NCBI RefSeq assembly: GCF_009914755.1
Contig: NC_060939.1
Reading direction: 5' to 3' (one strand)
DNA length: 64,000 bases
Source of the DNA: the human T2T-CHM13v2.0 reference genome, Homo sapiens
In this document: one piece after another, positions 29,001 through 47,100 of the stretch
How positions within the stretch are numbered: the first letter of the stretch is position 1
Layout of the letters: each line of letters starts with the position of its first letter
Notes under the pieces: model-generated
Seen by the model: only the letters and a program-made list of their open reading frames with translations
Told to the model about the DNA's origin: nothing
Database searches by the model: none
Translations under genes and position numbers: made by a program

Positions 29001-30635
29001 AGAGGCCATACAGGATCTGTATGGGGAATGGGGGATAGGGTGGTAGATGGAAAGGGAAATGTGGGAGAAAGGGAGAGGCTGATAATGCTGGGCGACAGCG
29101 GATGACCCACCAAGTGCAGGTTGGACTGCAAAGGAAAGTGGCAAGAGAGGAGAAAGGGGAAGATAAGAAGGCATGAGATAAGATGGAAAGAAGAGAAAGT
29201 GGAGAGAGCTTTCCTTGGCTGTTCTTGACTATTTTACAAAACTGAGAGGATGGTAATTTGATAAAAATGGAGGGGGCAGAAATGTCCCTGTGGGCTTGAA
29301 GGGACCATCCCGTTAGACAATACACAGGAAAGTCAAGAAAAGATGAACAAAGTTGAGCACTGTGCAGTCACTCTGAGGGCCAAATTACAGTTAGCATGAA
29401 TTTTGGGAATCCAAATAACACAGCTTTGTGACTTTCTTCAGAAATCCTTGGGCAAGAAAATGCAGAAAAGAATTGGGTTGGAAAGCAACAATTCTAAGGC
29501 CCCCAGAGGGTCTAGTGGTTTACAGTGCTGACCATGGGGTCCAGCCTGGGCAGAGGGGAAATTGATGGCCGAAAGGGGAGGAAAAGCCAGATCAGGGAAG
29601 ATCTTAGGGACAGCAGACTCTGAACTGAGGTGAATACCTCTCTTCCCTTAGAGGGAGATGCACCACTTCAAGGGTCTGTGAGGCTCCTCTCCATATCTGC
29701 TTGCTGGCGGGTGAGCAGGAGTGGTTGCCCAGGTAGTCCCAGAGAAGCCCATACTCCTGACGGTGGTTTCCCTTACCCAGGCTCAGGTCTCCCTTGTCTT
29801 AAACCAATGTCTACCCCAGAGAAGAGGCTGCTGCCCTAATTATAGAGTACAGATTGACTAAACCATACCCTTAATGTCTGTCAATACTGATAAACTACCA
29901 AATGCATACAGGTGATTAATAACAGTACTCCCCTCATGATGACATGATCTTGCACCAGTGTTTTATATATATATACACACACACACCGAGTCACTGGCCT
30001 AACCTGTTTAGTCTCCTGGAGAATTTAAGTGGCAGCAGGGGAGAGCTGTGCCTTTTGTGTGTCCTGAAAGGCACATACACCCCTGCAGCCTGCGGGTTAA
30101 GATGGAAGATTATAATTAATCACAAAGATGTGGCTGAACGCGCAGTGTTCTTCCTTCTGCTGCTTCCTGCTGCCAGGGAAAGAGCCAGTGGCCTCTAAAC
30201 GACCCGTGAGAGCAGCTCTGTTGCCGTGTGCAGCATTGGCTTCAGATCCTTCTTCCTCAGTCCTGCCTCCCTGCAGTTTTGGCTTTCCTTTTTCTGTGCT
30301 TTTTCTCTTGACTTGCCAAATTTGGGCTTAGTCAGGGCTGTGGTGTTAACGCTCCTAATGAGCCAGCTCACGCCGACTCAGAGCCTGAGCAGCGGTAATC
30401 AGAGCTGAAGACAAAAGCAGGGGCGGAGGCACGCGTCCAGGTGTGCTTTCTGCAGTGCCTCTCTTTGTCCAAACATTTTACAGACTCCAGAGGGGAGAGG
30501 GCAGGGACAATGTGAGAAGCAATGAACTCCCCAAGGAAATTACTGTTTCAATAAAGAAGGAAGATTGCAAGCTGCACTCTGTACGTGTAGATGAGTGTGT
30601 GCTCATGTTTTAAAACTCTGAACATGCAAATTATT

Positions 30636-31764
<1,129 letters not shown>

Positions 31765-31835
31765 GCAAATTATTTTTAATTGAAATTTGTATCGATCTAA
31801 TTCCAGATTCATATGCAATTATAAGAAATAATACA

Positions 31836-32144
31836 GGCAGGGCACAATAGCTCATGCCTGTAATCCCAGCATTTTGGGAGGCCAAGGCAAAAGGATCCCT
31901 TGAGCCCAGGAGTTCAAGACCATCCTGGGCAACACAGCAAGACCCTGTCTCCATAAAAAGTAAAAAAATAAAAAATAAATTAGCCGAATTAGTGGCACGT
32001 GCCCATAATCCCAGCTACTCAGGAGGCTGAGGCAGGAGGATCACTTGAGCCCAGGAGACTGAGGCTGCAGTGAGCTGTGATCATGCAACTGCACTCCATC
32101 GTGGGTAAGAGTGAGACCCTGTCTCAAAACAAAATAAAATAAAG
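31836..32144 (+). mobile_element. AluJ
   Basis: J diagnostics cttgagcccagg in both arms, gaggctgcagtgagc; TSD aagaaataataca/aagaagtaatata. Confidence 0.88.
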
Positions 32145-32908
32145 AAGAAGTAATATATAGAGATCCCATATTCACTTTCCCAGTTTTCTGTAATGGTAAT
32201 ATTTTGCAAATTTATAGTGTAATATCACAACCAAGATATTGACATTGATACAATCCCCCATCGATCTCAGATTTCCCCAGTTTTGTTTATACTCATTTGT
32301 GCATGTGTGTATGTCCGTGCACATGGTGTTTAGTTCTACACAATTTTATCACGTGTAGGGTTGTGTTTCCACCACCACAATCAAAATACTGAAATTTTCA
32401 TCACCACTAGAACGGCTTGTGTTGCCCTATTATACCTAAATCCACTTCCCCATAGGATTCCCCATTGCCACCCCAGCCTTCAACCTCTGGCAACCACTGT
32501 TCTCCAATTCTAAAGTTTTATTTCAAAAAATGATATGGAAATGGAAACATACAGTATGAAACATTTGGGATTTTTTTTTCACTTAGCCTAATTGTCCTGG
32601 GATCCATTAAGTCATTGTGTATATCAATAATTCATTCCTTTTCATTCCTGAGTAGTATTTCATGGTATGGATGAACCACTTTGTTTAATCATTGACCCTT
32701 TCAGTCTAACTATATCTGCCAATCTCTTTTTATTGCTGTTTAAATTATTGATATTGATAAGTATTTATATGTTGGTGCTTAAGTCTACCTTTTTAATTAT
32801 TTGTTTTCTGTTTGATTTCTGGTTCTCATTCCTCTGTTTATTTTCTTACCTTCCTTAGGTTATTTGAATAATTGTTTTGGATTCTACCTTGATGTGTTGT
32901 TAGTGTTT

Positions 32909-33388
<480 letters not shown>

Positions 33389-33502
33389 TGGCTTGAGTAT
33401 TTTACGGTGTTAATGTTTTTGTTTCAATCATCAAATGTGATTTAGAAAAATCATAAGGAGGATAGTCTATTGCATGTACTCATATTTTTATTTCTTTAAA
33501 AA

Positions 33503-33635
33503 AATTTTTTTAGACACAGTCCTGTTCTGTCACCCAGGCTGGAGTCCAGTGGTGCAATCATAGCTCACCGCAGCCTTGACCTGCCTCAGCCTTGTGAGTA
33601 GCTGAGACCACAGGCGTGTGCCACCATGCCCGGCT
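33503..33635 (-). mobile_element. FRAM/FAM-like Alu monomer with internal deletion
   Basis: ctgtcacccaggctggagtccagtggtgcaatcatagctcaccgcagccttgacc|tgcctcagcc. Confidence 0.75.
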
Positions 33636-35159
33636 TCCATATTTTCATTTCTGTTGTTTCTTCTTCTTTTCTGATGCTTCAGGATTCCCTCTTACAGTTC
33701 CTTGCTGTTTGATAAATTATCCAATCTTTAAGGATAAGTCTCCTAGGCACAAATTTTTCTTTCATTTGAGAATGTCTTTATTTTCTCTTCATTCCTGAAG
33801 GATAGTGTTCCCAGACATAAAATCTGTGGTTGAATTTTCTTTTCACTTCAAATACACGAAAAATGTTGTGCCATTTTCTTCTGGGTTCCACTGTTTCAGA
33901 TAAGAAATCTACTGTCATTTCCATCATTCTTCCCCTATGGGTGATTTGTCATTTTTCTCTAGTTTCTTTCAAAATGTTTTTTCTTTGTCTTTGGTATGGA
34001 TTTCTTGGGCTTATCATATTTGGGATTCACTCAGATTCTTGAATCCATAGGTTTGTGTGTGTTGCCAAACTTCAGAAGTTTTCAGTCTACTCCTTCTTTC
34101 AGCCCCACTCTCTTTTCTCCTCTTCATCTGAGACTCTGATGACAGAAATGTTAGATCTATTTTACAGTTCCATAGGTCCCTGAGAATATCCTTAATATTT
34201 ATTAAGGATATTTTCTGATTGTTCAGATTGGTTACTCAAATTAGGCAAATTATATCCTCAAGTTCAGCGATTCTATCCTCTGTCATCTCCATTCTACAAT
34301 TAAACCCATCTAGGAAGTTGTCTTTTTTTTAAGTTTCTGTTATTGTATTTCTTAGTTCTCTAATTTCCATTTGGTCCTTTTGTGTAACTTCTGTTTCTTT
34401 GCTGAGATTTTTAAAATTGTTTTTATTTGTTTAACCGAATTTATAATTGATTGTTGAAGCATTTTTATTACAACTGTTTTAAAATCTTCATCAGATAATT
34501 CCAAATCTTGCTCATCTCAGTGTTGCTGTCAGTTGACTGTCTTTTCTTATCCAAATTGTGATTTTCTTGGTTCTTGGCAAAATGGGTGATATTTTATTGT
34601 ATCCGGAACATTTTGTCTATTATATTAAGAAACTCTGGAGTCTGTTAATTTTTTTTAATTTCTTTTTTTTATTTTAGCAGGCAGTCACTCTGTTTAGGTT
34701 AAGCACTCAGGTCCTGGATTACTTTTGTGGGCTGTGGTTTTAAATCAGTTATATTTCAGAGACTTTGGTCTTTGTTTATCTATGAGGGCTGGGAATCCCA
34801 CTCCCTGCTGGTGCTGTTTGAGGGACGGAACAGGTTCTCCCAGGTTGGGCTATGGAGTGTCTCTTGGAGTAGGATGGGAATCTCAGGCCAGTGGGGACAA
34901 AGAGGTTTCCTGGGCTGGGCTACTTGTCATAGTGACATCCTTCTGCTGGCTCTGCCCACCCACCAGGCAGGCAGGGAATCTCAGCACAGAGGGGTCTCTT
35001 GTTTGTATTTTCACTAGACTGTAGACCTGTGGAGGTAAGACCAAGTCTGGCTCTAGCTCCAGTGTGAAGCACAGAATACAATGTGTAACAGGGTGTGTGT
35101 GCTGGGCTGGCTGTGCTATTGTTCTCCAACACCCAAGACCTCTTTGCAATTTGGCTTAT

Positions 35160-35468
35160 TCATATATCTCATATGGGTAACGAAATGCAAGCAGGAAAGA
35201 GTATCACTTATAGGTGAAGGCTTTGAGGGCCAGGAGAACCTTTGCTTCACACTCTTTCCTGTGTCATCATCACTGACAATGTTTCAGATGGTAGCTGTTC
35301 CATCAACCCACATCTCAGAGTCCCAGAGTAAGAATGCAGACAGCTTGAAGCAGAATCCCTGCAGATCTTGGACGGCATATTACGTGAGTGAGCAGGAAAC
35401 TTTGTATGTGAATTGCAGCAATTTGGGAAGTTGTTTGTCACCACAGCATCACCTGGCCTATCCTGCAG
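35160..35468 (+). mobile_element. MLT1J-like LTR fragment
   Basis: caatgtttcagatggtagctgttccatcaacc...gttgtttgtcaccacagcatcacctggcctatcctg. Confidence 0.7.
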
Positions 35469-37337
35469 TGAATTTTGCTTAAAGGAGAAAATGAAGAGGC
35501 AAATTTTGTTGGCTCTGGAGAGTACTAGAAATGTATAAAACCACATATCTTAAAAATTACATTCATTAAACATTTTAGTAATTCAGCTTGTATCCTCTTG
35601 TTAGACATTAACAATTGGGGTTTTACTCTAGGGAAATGAGAAACCACAGTTTGGTTTGACAGCATCTGTCTGCATTAGAGTACCTTGGTGGTCTGTGAAG
35701 ACATTTGCAATATAGACTGTTTACAGTTAAAGAGAATTGCGGGGGTCTGGATATTTTCAATTGCCAGAGAAAAGCTTTCCTTCTGTCTGCGCCTCCAGGA
35801 TGGATTCTAACATTAAGGATTATTGACTTGGTGGCTTTGTGCTTATCCCCAAATTATTTCTGTTCATAGATTTTGCATTTCTTTGTCATTCTTCTGTAAA
35901 TTTCTGTCTCCATCCTATAGCGTTGTATTGAGTTCTCCATAGGCCAGTAATGGAATCAGCTTATCTTGAACCAGACCGTAATACAGCCTCTGGGTGTGAA
36001 CAAGGCCACAAGCAAGGAAACTGAATACATCCTAGAGGAAGGAAATTGAGTTTCTGCTGAGGACGTTTAGGTAACATCACAGCACTTGTGTTATTGCTGG
36101 ATGATGTTTCTTAGATTAAGCTGGCCTTGACACTTTCTCCAATGCTTTTAATACGATTTATTACTGAGGAAAAGATCTGGTCATTTAATAAAGATGCAGA
36201 AATACTTTCTGTCAAATTGTAAGGAAGCAATCCGTGTATTTTTGCAATATTGAATTGGTGAAAGTGAAATCACTTTAAAATGAAATTAGAGTGACTCATA
36301 CACCCCCTGAATCATGGAAATACAGAGACCTGTGGCCAGTTAAACCCCTGAAACAAATTATCCATCCATGGCTGTCCCTAAGCACCCTTTTCTATTAAGG
36401 AGACACCTATAGCATCCAGCCTATTGTCTTTTTTATCTTTCTAGCTTTATTTTCTGCTTCCTGTCACCTACTTTTTATACTTGACATTTCAGTGTCCCTA
36501 AATCTAGCAATAGAATAGTTTTTTCCTCTGTACGTATTGGTCCTTTTCTGCTGTTCTGATCAAGGCATACTGTAGACTTTTTATTTTAAGAATTGTATTA
36601 TTCTCCAGATAGTTTTCAAGTCTATTGTATAGCTAGACAGAGGGATATGGGGCTAGATTATGTTACAATGCCATAAACCCTCTGTTCTTTCCCACTTTCA
36701 GCAGTTTTTCTGGAACAAACTCTCCTCAGATTACTGTAAACCTTTGGTTAATTTCAAGATCTCTTAAATAACTGATTTTTTGACAATTTTGGCTACTGTG
36801 TTTATTGCTCTGATGGAAAGGTAGATTCATAGGGATTGTCAACCTACTATTCTGGTGGTAAAATTTTAATAAGTTAAATTATAAGGGAATGTACCCACAA
36901 AGATAGTGCATTTTATTTAATAAAAAATTGTTGAGCAGCTAGTATTTACTGGGCAGTGGCCTAGCCACTGAAGATTCAAGTGTGGGAAAGAAACACTTTT
37001 GCTCACATTTAGCATTTGCTAACAGAAAGTTTACCATTTTCAAAGGAAATAGACTCGCAGATAGGAAGAAGTAAGCTGAGGAAGGAAATAAGTCTTCCTC
37101 TTCAGGACTAAAAAAGGGACAGTTGGCCAGAGAATGGAGTAAAGAGGCTGACACATCCACTTCCATTTACATTTTGGCCAACCAGAGAATAAAAACCGTA
37201 AGGTCATTGTGAGAGTCCTTCCACATTAAACTTTGCCCCAAATTTTCCATTTTTCACTTTATTTCTCTTAATTTCCATCTGGAGAATAATAAAAGAATCA
37301 AATGGCAACTGTAGAGCTAAAACTATCTTAAGTTTTA

Positions 37338-37668
<331 letters not shown>

Positions 37669-38277
37669 TAAAACTATCATAATGAAATGTAAAATTTCTT
37701 AGAGGGTTTCAACAGAAGATTTAATCTTACAGAAGAAAGAATCAATGAGTTTGAAAATAGGTCAATTCAGATTATGCAGCCTGGGAAACAGAAATATATA
37801 AAAGAATGAAGAAAAATTAACAGTCATAAATACCTATGGGACACCATCAAGCACACCAACCTACCCATAAAGGCAGTCCAAGAATGAGAGAAATGAGAAA
37901 AAGGAGGAGAAGGAATACTTGAGGAAAACAATGACCAAAATATCCCAATTTTGATGGAAGCATTTATGTTCATATCCAAGAATATCAAATTAGATAAACT
38001 GAAAGAAATCTACACTTACACATATAATAGGCAAAACTGTTAAAAGACAAATAAGGAATACTGAAGACAGAGAAAAATGACTCATTACATGCAAGTGATC
38101 TATAATAAGATTAATAGCTAGCTTTCCATAAAAAAATCATAGAGATGAGAATGCAATGAAATGACATATTCAAAGTGCCAAAAGAAAAAGAATGTCAATC
38201 AAGAATTCTATATCCACCAAAACTATCTTTTATATATAAAGGATAAATTAAAGCTGCTGTAGATTTTAAAAAACTGA

Positions 38278-38835
<558 letters not shown>

Positions 38836-39159
38836 TTAGTTTAATCTGAAAGATATTGTTACTATGTTATTAACCACTCAAAAATAACTAAAAAAATACA
38901 TAGTAAAAGGAACAACAAAGAAATTAAAGTTGTACACTAGAAATATATATTACTATAATAAGATATTAATGGGCATGTACAGGGACAGAAACCACATAAA
39001 GCATGTGGAAAACAAGTAGCAAAATGGCAGACATAAATCTCACCTTATCAGTAACTACATTAAATATAAATGATTAATTAATACATCAGGTAAAAGACAG
39101 TGACTGGCAGAAGAAATAATATAATCCAATTCTATTCTGTCTATAAGAGATACAGTTTA

Positions 39160-39566
<407 letters not shown>

Positions 39567-39992
39567 CTATACCAATATCAAGAAAAATAGTTTTTAAGAC
39601 AAAACTTGTTACTAAACACAAAGGATAAGTGACAAAGTGGTAGTGATCCCTCTGGAAAACACAATAATAATAAACATATCTGTACCTAACAACACAAATT
39701 TTAAAATACATGAAGCAAACTGACAGAAGGGAGAAATAGACAACTCAGCAATAGTTGGAAACTTTAATATCTCCCTTTCAATAGTGAATAGAACAACTAG
39801 GCTGAATACTAAGAAGGAAATAGAACATTTTAACAACACTGTGACACAAATAGACCTAATTGACCATTAGGTATATAAAGCATTAGGTAGACTATGCAAG
39901 AAAAAAAAAAGAGAAGACTCAAGTCTTAAAATAAAAAGCCAACCTCACAGAAATAAAAAGATTATAAGGGAAAGTATAAAGACTGTATGCCG

Positions 39993-40299
<307 letters not shown>

Positions 40300-43200
40300 A
40301 AACTCTATGCCAACAAATTAGATAATCTGGATAAAATGGACAAATTCCTATAAAGATGCCAAGTGCTAAAATTGACTCAGGAAGAAATAGAAAATATAAA
40401 TAGATCTATTAAAAGTACAGACATTGAGTTAATAATTTGAAAACTTCTCACAAAGGAAATTCTAGGCCCAGGTGGCTTCACTGGCAAATTCTACCAATTA
40501 TGCAAAAAAGAATACTCGTCTCCTACATACTCTTTCAAAAAGTAGAATACTCATCTCCCCCACTCTTTCAAAGTGGTAAGGAATTTACCCACTTAGTCTA
40601 TAAGGACAATATTACCCCCAGTGCTAAAACCAGACAAAGACAGCATAAGAAAACTACAGACTGATATCCATTGTGAATATTGACACAAAAATTCTGAATT
40701 ACTAGCAATTCACATCCAGAATATGTAAAAAGGATGAGAATGACCATGACCACATGGGAATTTCCCCAGGATAAATGTTGGCTTAACATTAAAAAATCAA
40801 TCAACTTAGTACACCATATTAATAAAATAAAGAACAAAAATCACATGATAATTTGAATAGACACAGAAAAAGCATTGGACAAAATCCAACAGCCTTTCTT
40901 TAAAAAAAAACACTCAACAAACAGAATACAAATTCCTCTTCCAAATAAAGAAGCCTATGAAAAATTCAGAAGTCATATTGTACTTAATGGTAAAAGACTG
41001 AATACTTTCCACATAAGATCGTGAACAAAACAAGGATGTTTACTTCTATTTAACATTGTACTGGAAATTCTAGCCTGGGCAATCAAGCAAGAAAGAGAAA
41101 TAAAATGCTTTCAGAGTAGATAGAAAGAAGTAAAACTATTTCTATTCTAGATGACATGAAAATGCTAGAAATAATATATTTTTAAAACTATTAGAACTAG
41201 CAAACAAGTTCTCCTACTTTGCAGGATACCAGGTCAATATACAAAAATCAGTTGTATTTCTAGGCACTAACAATGAACAATGTGAAAATGAAATTAAGAA
41301 AAACAATTCTATTCTAATAGAATTAAAAAGAAAATAATTTAGGATAAATTTAATCAAAGAATTATACAAGTTCAAGACTTGTACACTGAAAACTAAAAAT
41401 TGTCACTGAAAGGAATTAAGGCAAACTTAAATAGATGAAGAAGCACCCCATGTTCACAGATTGAAAGACTTAATATTGCTAAGACAGCAATATTTCCCAA
41501 ATGGATTTATAGGTTCAATGTAGTCTCCATCAAAATCCTAGCTACCTCTTTTGGGCAGAAATTGACAAGCTTATCCTAAAGTCATAAGAAAATACAAGAG
41601 AGCCAGAAGAGCCAAAATAATCTTGAAAAAGAAAAACAAATTTGGAGGACTTACACTTCCCAGTTTCAAAATGTTCTACAAAGCTGTGGTAATCAAGACA
41701 GCATGGCACGGTCATAAAGATAGACATATGAATCACTGGGACAGAATTGATCATCTAAAAATAAATTTTCATATTTATGGTCAAATGATTTTTAATCATG
41801 ATGCCAAGAAAATTTATTGGGTAAAATAAAAGTCTTTTCAATAAATGGTGTTGGGAAAACTGGATGTCCACAGCAAAAATTAAAAGTTTAATGTGTTCAA
41901 CATGCCATATACAAAACCTAATTCAAAATTGATCATAGACATAAATGTAAGAGCTAAAATTATAAAATTCAGAAGAAATAGAGAAGTAAATATTTATGAC
42001 TTTAAGTTAGGTAGTGATTTTTTAGGTATGACCCCAAAAAGCATAAGCAACCAAAGAAACTAAATTGAACTTTCTCAAAATATAATATTTTGTGCTTCCA
42101 GGGATACCATCGAGAAAATGAAAAGACTACCTACAGAATAGGAGAAAATATTTGAAATGATATATCTGATAAAAGGCTTGTGTCAAGAATATATAAAGAA
42201 CTCTTACAGCTCAACTAATAGACAACCCATTTTTTCAATGGGGAAAAGATCTGTATATACATTTTTTCCAAAGAAGATATATGATTACCAATAAACATAT
42301 TAAATGATTTTCAATGTTATTCATTTTTCATTAGGGAAACACAAATCAAATTTTCAATGAGAAAACTGCCCACTAGGTTGGCTGAAATTTAGAAAGTAAA
42401 CATTAACAAGTATTGGCAAGGATGTGGAGGAACTGGAATCCTCATATATTGCTGGCATGATTTTAAATGGTGGAGAGAACAGTTTGGTAGAATCTCAGAT
42501 GTTAATTATAGAGTTTTCATATGACCCATCAATTCTACTCTCATGTATGTACACCAGAAAAATGAAAAATAAAAACATATGTCCACACAAAACTTGCATA
42601 TCAATGTAAAAAGCAACATGATTTATAATAGTCAAAAACGGAAACAACTCAAATATCCATCAAGTGATGAATGGATAAACAAAATGAGGTACAGCCATAC
42701 AGTGGAATATTATTTGGTATTTAAAAAGGAATGAAGTACTAATACATGATCTTTCCTCTCTGCCTCTGCCTCCACCCAGATAACAAGAATGACCCCTTCA
42801 ATGACTATGTAGGTCATGAAAACTGGAAGAAACTTCCAGTAGTTTCTGTCTGCCAACCAGGAAAATTTTTGATGATTAAGAGACCCTCTGCCTCCTGAAA
42901 CAGAAAGGGAATACCATAAGGTGACTAAGCACAAATGAATATTTAAATTAAATGTCCTGCCACTTTGTGGTTGAGTTGAAGGTGACCAAATCCAACAGAC
43001 TGCATGGTGACATCACTAGGATGTTGTTCTGACCTCCTCCTCTATCCCTTTCTCGGCTGAAGCTGTCTGATCTGGGAGGAGAAACAGAGCAGACAGAGCC
43101 TAGACTTTTGTGAGACCAAGAGACTCCACTCTATAGTCTTTTTGTAGTTTCCTGGACCTCTCTTGAATCCCAAGATTCCTTAGACTCCCTGTTATTCATT

Positions 43201-44114
43201 GCAGTTCTCTTCTTGGCTGTAGTCTCCCATGACACATCTGTCCTCTCTGCAGACACAGCCAAAAGAAAGGCATATGTAGTCCCTTACCCTAGGGGCTGTT
43301 TTTGACATGTATCCTCTCCCAGCTTGGTGGTGCTTTCTTGTTTCCTTCCAGATCTAGTTTTCTCTTCCAGGAAACAGTCTTTTTGCTTGTTCCTGGGTGT
43401 GGTTTATTTAATGCTGAATCCTTAGTTGGCAAAATTTGAGGATACTACTCTCATTGACTTTACCGCAATTCATGCTCCCTGGAGTGCTGAGATGTGGCTA
43501 CTCTGGCTTCCCTGGCCTTGGCAGCTGGCTCTTCCTTGTTGACTGGGCTCTAGGTAAAATTCTGGACCTTGGTGCCACCCTGGTGACAAATTACTTTCCA
43601 GGAGCTCAGGAGATATGGAAATGTGGTATTCATCCCCACCAGAGTTTATGGACAGATTCACTCTCACTGAGTTTGACTTATTGATGGCAAAGAGAAAGAG
43701 ACATTTTCTTGGGGAACCTAAGTGGAAAAGAGGAGTCTATTAAAAGGATGCACGGCTAGAGACCAGGCTTGTGACTTTACCCAGGAACAGAAAAATCATC
43801 CTGGCTCTCTGTCTTGCATCTCTTTTCTTTCTGATTCATTCTTTTTTTCTCTCTGGAGATTAACTTCTGTTTTTTGGTCTTCACGAGGAGGTGGAAGATG
43901 ATCTACTGGGGAAAATGGACTCTCTGACCCAATTCTCAGGGTAGATTTTCCAAGTTGCTGAAGTTTGGTCAGTGCCCATCCTATGTGTGGACTGGGCTGT
44001 CTGAAGACTACTCCTGCACATGTAGGGCAATTTGAGGCAGGGGAAATTTGTGAACGGGGTCAACTCTCATTAAGTTGTTCTTATTAGAGTGTGCCAGTGT
44101 TTAAAAGGGAACAT

Positions 44115-47100
44115 AGGATTTCCAGTTTTCACTTCAGTGCAAAAGGAGCCTTGAAGCTGCCACTGTATCCTAAAAACAATTCAAAAAACTGTCAAACTGA
44201 AAAATCAACAGTTCTTCTTAGATCTATCAGAAAAGTGAGGACACAGGGTAAGCTGCTGTCCCCAAATTGGAGAGACAGACATGTGGATGCAATGAATCTA
44301 CTTTTATCACAGCAGAAACTCTTGAGCAGAAACCTCCACGGGCGCCAGTGCCAGCATGGGAAAAGCTGAATTGTAACTGGCAAATTGCCGGAGGTTGAGT
44401 GTGGAAAAGATGGAGTTAAAAACTCCAGGAAGACCCAGGTATAGAAGGGCTCTTATACTTCTATGAGGTGTAACTACAGGCACTCTCCCAGCTTCTCAAA
44501 GCAAGGATCAGAGAAAAATTCCCTTATGCTTCTCTCACAGGGAGGAGAAAAGCAACCACTTTGAAACGTGCCAGAGCATTCTTCTTATTACAAGGCCTAC
44601 CCTGAGGAGGAACTATTTTATCAGAGCCTAAATGCTGGGGTTTTATCAGAACCTAACCTACCCAGGGGAAGGGAAATACCTAACACCAGTTACCTGTAAC
44701 CATCCTGTCCTATCTAAGGGATGGGGGGCAACTGAGAAGCTCCTATGAAGTTCACAGTCCACTTTAGGAAACTAGCAAAAGAGGAGCAAATTAAATCCAA
44801 AGAAAGCAGAAGATAAGAAATAACAAAATTACAGTAGAAATCAATAAAATTGGAAAGAAAATCAGTAGAGAAAATCGACAAAATTATAAGCTGGTTCTTT
44901 GAAAAGATCGATAAAATTGATAAGCCTCTGTAGCTAGGCTAAGAAAAAAAAATTACCAGTATCAGAAATGAAAGAGAGAACATCACTACAAATCCCATGA
45001 ACATTAAAAGAATAACAAAGGAATATTATGAACGACTGTGTGCCCACAAATTTGATAACCTAGATGAAATGAACCATTTCCTTGAAAGACACAATCTGCC
45101 AAATCTCTTTTAAGAAGAAACAGACAATTGTAATAGGCCTATATCTATTAAAGAAATTGAATCGATAATTAATAACCATCCAAAACAAAGCATCAGGCCC
45201 AGTGGGTTTGCTGGTGAGTCCTACCAAATTTTTAAATAAGAAATTATACCAGAGGGAAGACTTTGCAATTCATTCTACGAAGCCAGCATTACCCTAATTC
45301 CAAAACCAGACAAAGATATTCCAGGAAAAAACTACAACAAATACCTGTCATAAACATAAATGCAAAAATCCTTAACAAAATTTTAGCAAATCAAATTAAC
45401 AATGTGTAAAAATAAGTATACATCATTACCAACTAGGATTTATCCCAGTATGCAAAGCTGGTTCAACATTCAAAAATCCATTCATATAATCTATCGCATC
45501 AACAGGCTAAAGAAGAAAAAAATTATGTGATCATATAAATAGGCGCAGGAAAAGTATTGGACAAAATCCAATACCCATTCATGATAAAAACTCTCACCAG
45601 ACTATGAATGGGGGAAACTTGCTCACCCTGATAAAGAAAAGCACATCTATCTAAAAACCTACAATGAATATTATACGTAATGGTGAGAAACTCAAAGCTT
45701 CCTCGCAAAATCAGGAATCAGATGTCCCCCTCATCATTCCTTTTCAGTGTTATACTAGAAGTCCTAGGTAATGAAATCAGGCAAGAAAAGGAAATAAAAG
45801 GTATACAATTAGGAAGGAAAAAGTAAAATTGTCTTTATTTGCAGATGTCTACTAGATAATCCAAAAGAGTCCACTGAAGAACTCTTGGAACTAATAAGCA
45901 ATTATAACAAGGTTGCAGGATACAACACAGAAAAACTTAATTGCTTTCCTGTACCAGCAATGAACAGATGGAATCTGAAATTAAGAACACATTACCACTA
46001 ACATTACCATGCCAGAAATGAAATACTTAGATATAAATCTAACAAAATATGTACAAGATCTCTATAAGGAAAGCTACAAAACTCAAAACTGATGAAAGGT
46101 ATCAAAGAAGAACTAAATAAATTGAGATAGTCCATATTCATAGACAGGAAGACTCCATATTGTCAAAATGTCAGTCCTTCCCAACTTGATCCATAGATTC
46201 ATTGAAATCCCAATCAAAATCTCAGGGAGTTATTTTGTGGAGATCAACAAACTGATTCTAAAGTTTATATGGAGAGGCAAGAGACCCAGATTTAGCCATA
46301 TTGGTATTGAGAGGGAAGAACAAAGTGAGAGGGCTGACAGTCTACCTGACTTCAAGACTTACTATAAAACTACAGTAAGCAAGACAGTGTGGTATTGATA
46401 AAAGAATAGACAAATAGATCAATGAAACAGAACATGGAACCAGAAATAAGCCCAAATAAATTCAGACAACTGATTTTTGACAGAGGAGCAAAGGCAATAC
46501 AATGGAGCAGAGATAGTCTTTTCAACATGTGGTACTGGAACCATTGGATATCCCCATGCAAACAAATCCATCCAGATTCAGACCTTAAACCCTTAACAAA
46601 AATTAACTCAAAATGGGTCACAGACTACCTGTGGAACACAAATTATAAAGTGCTTAGAACATAATACAGGAGAAAAACCTAGATGACCTTGGGTATGGTG
46701 ATGACTTTTTAGGTACAACACCAGAGACACAGTTCATGACAGAAATAATTAATAAGCCGGACTTCATTAAAATTAAAAACTTCTGTTCTGCAGAAGATAA
46801 TTTCAAGAAAATGAGAAGATAAGCTACAGACTGGAAGAAAATATTTGCAAAAGACACATATGATAAAGAACTGTTACCAAAAATATACAAAGGACACTTA
46901 AAACTCAACAATAAGAAAACAAACTACTCGATTAAACAATGGGCCAAAGACCTTAACAGATACTTGACCGAAGAAGATACACAGATGTCAGTTAAGCATA
47001 TGAAAAGATGCTCCACAAGATGCCATCAGGGAAATGCAGATTAAAACAACAATGAGATATCACTACCTACCTATTAGAACGGCCAAATTCCACAGCTCTG

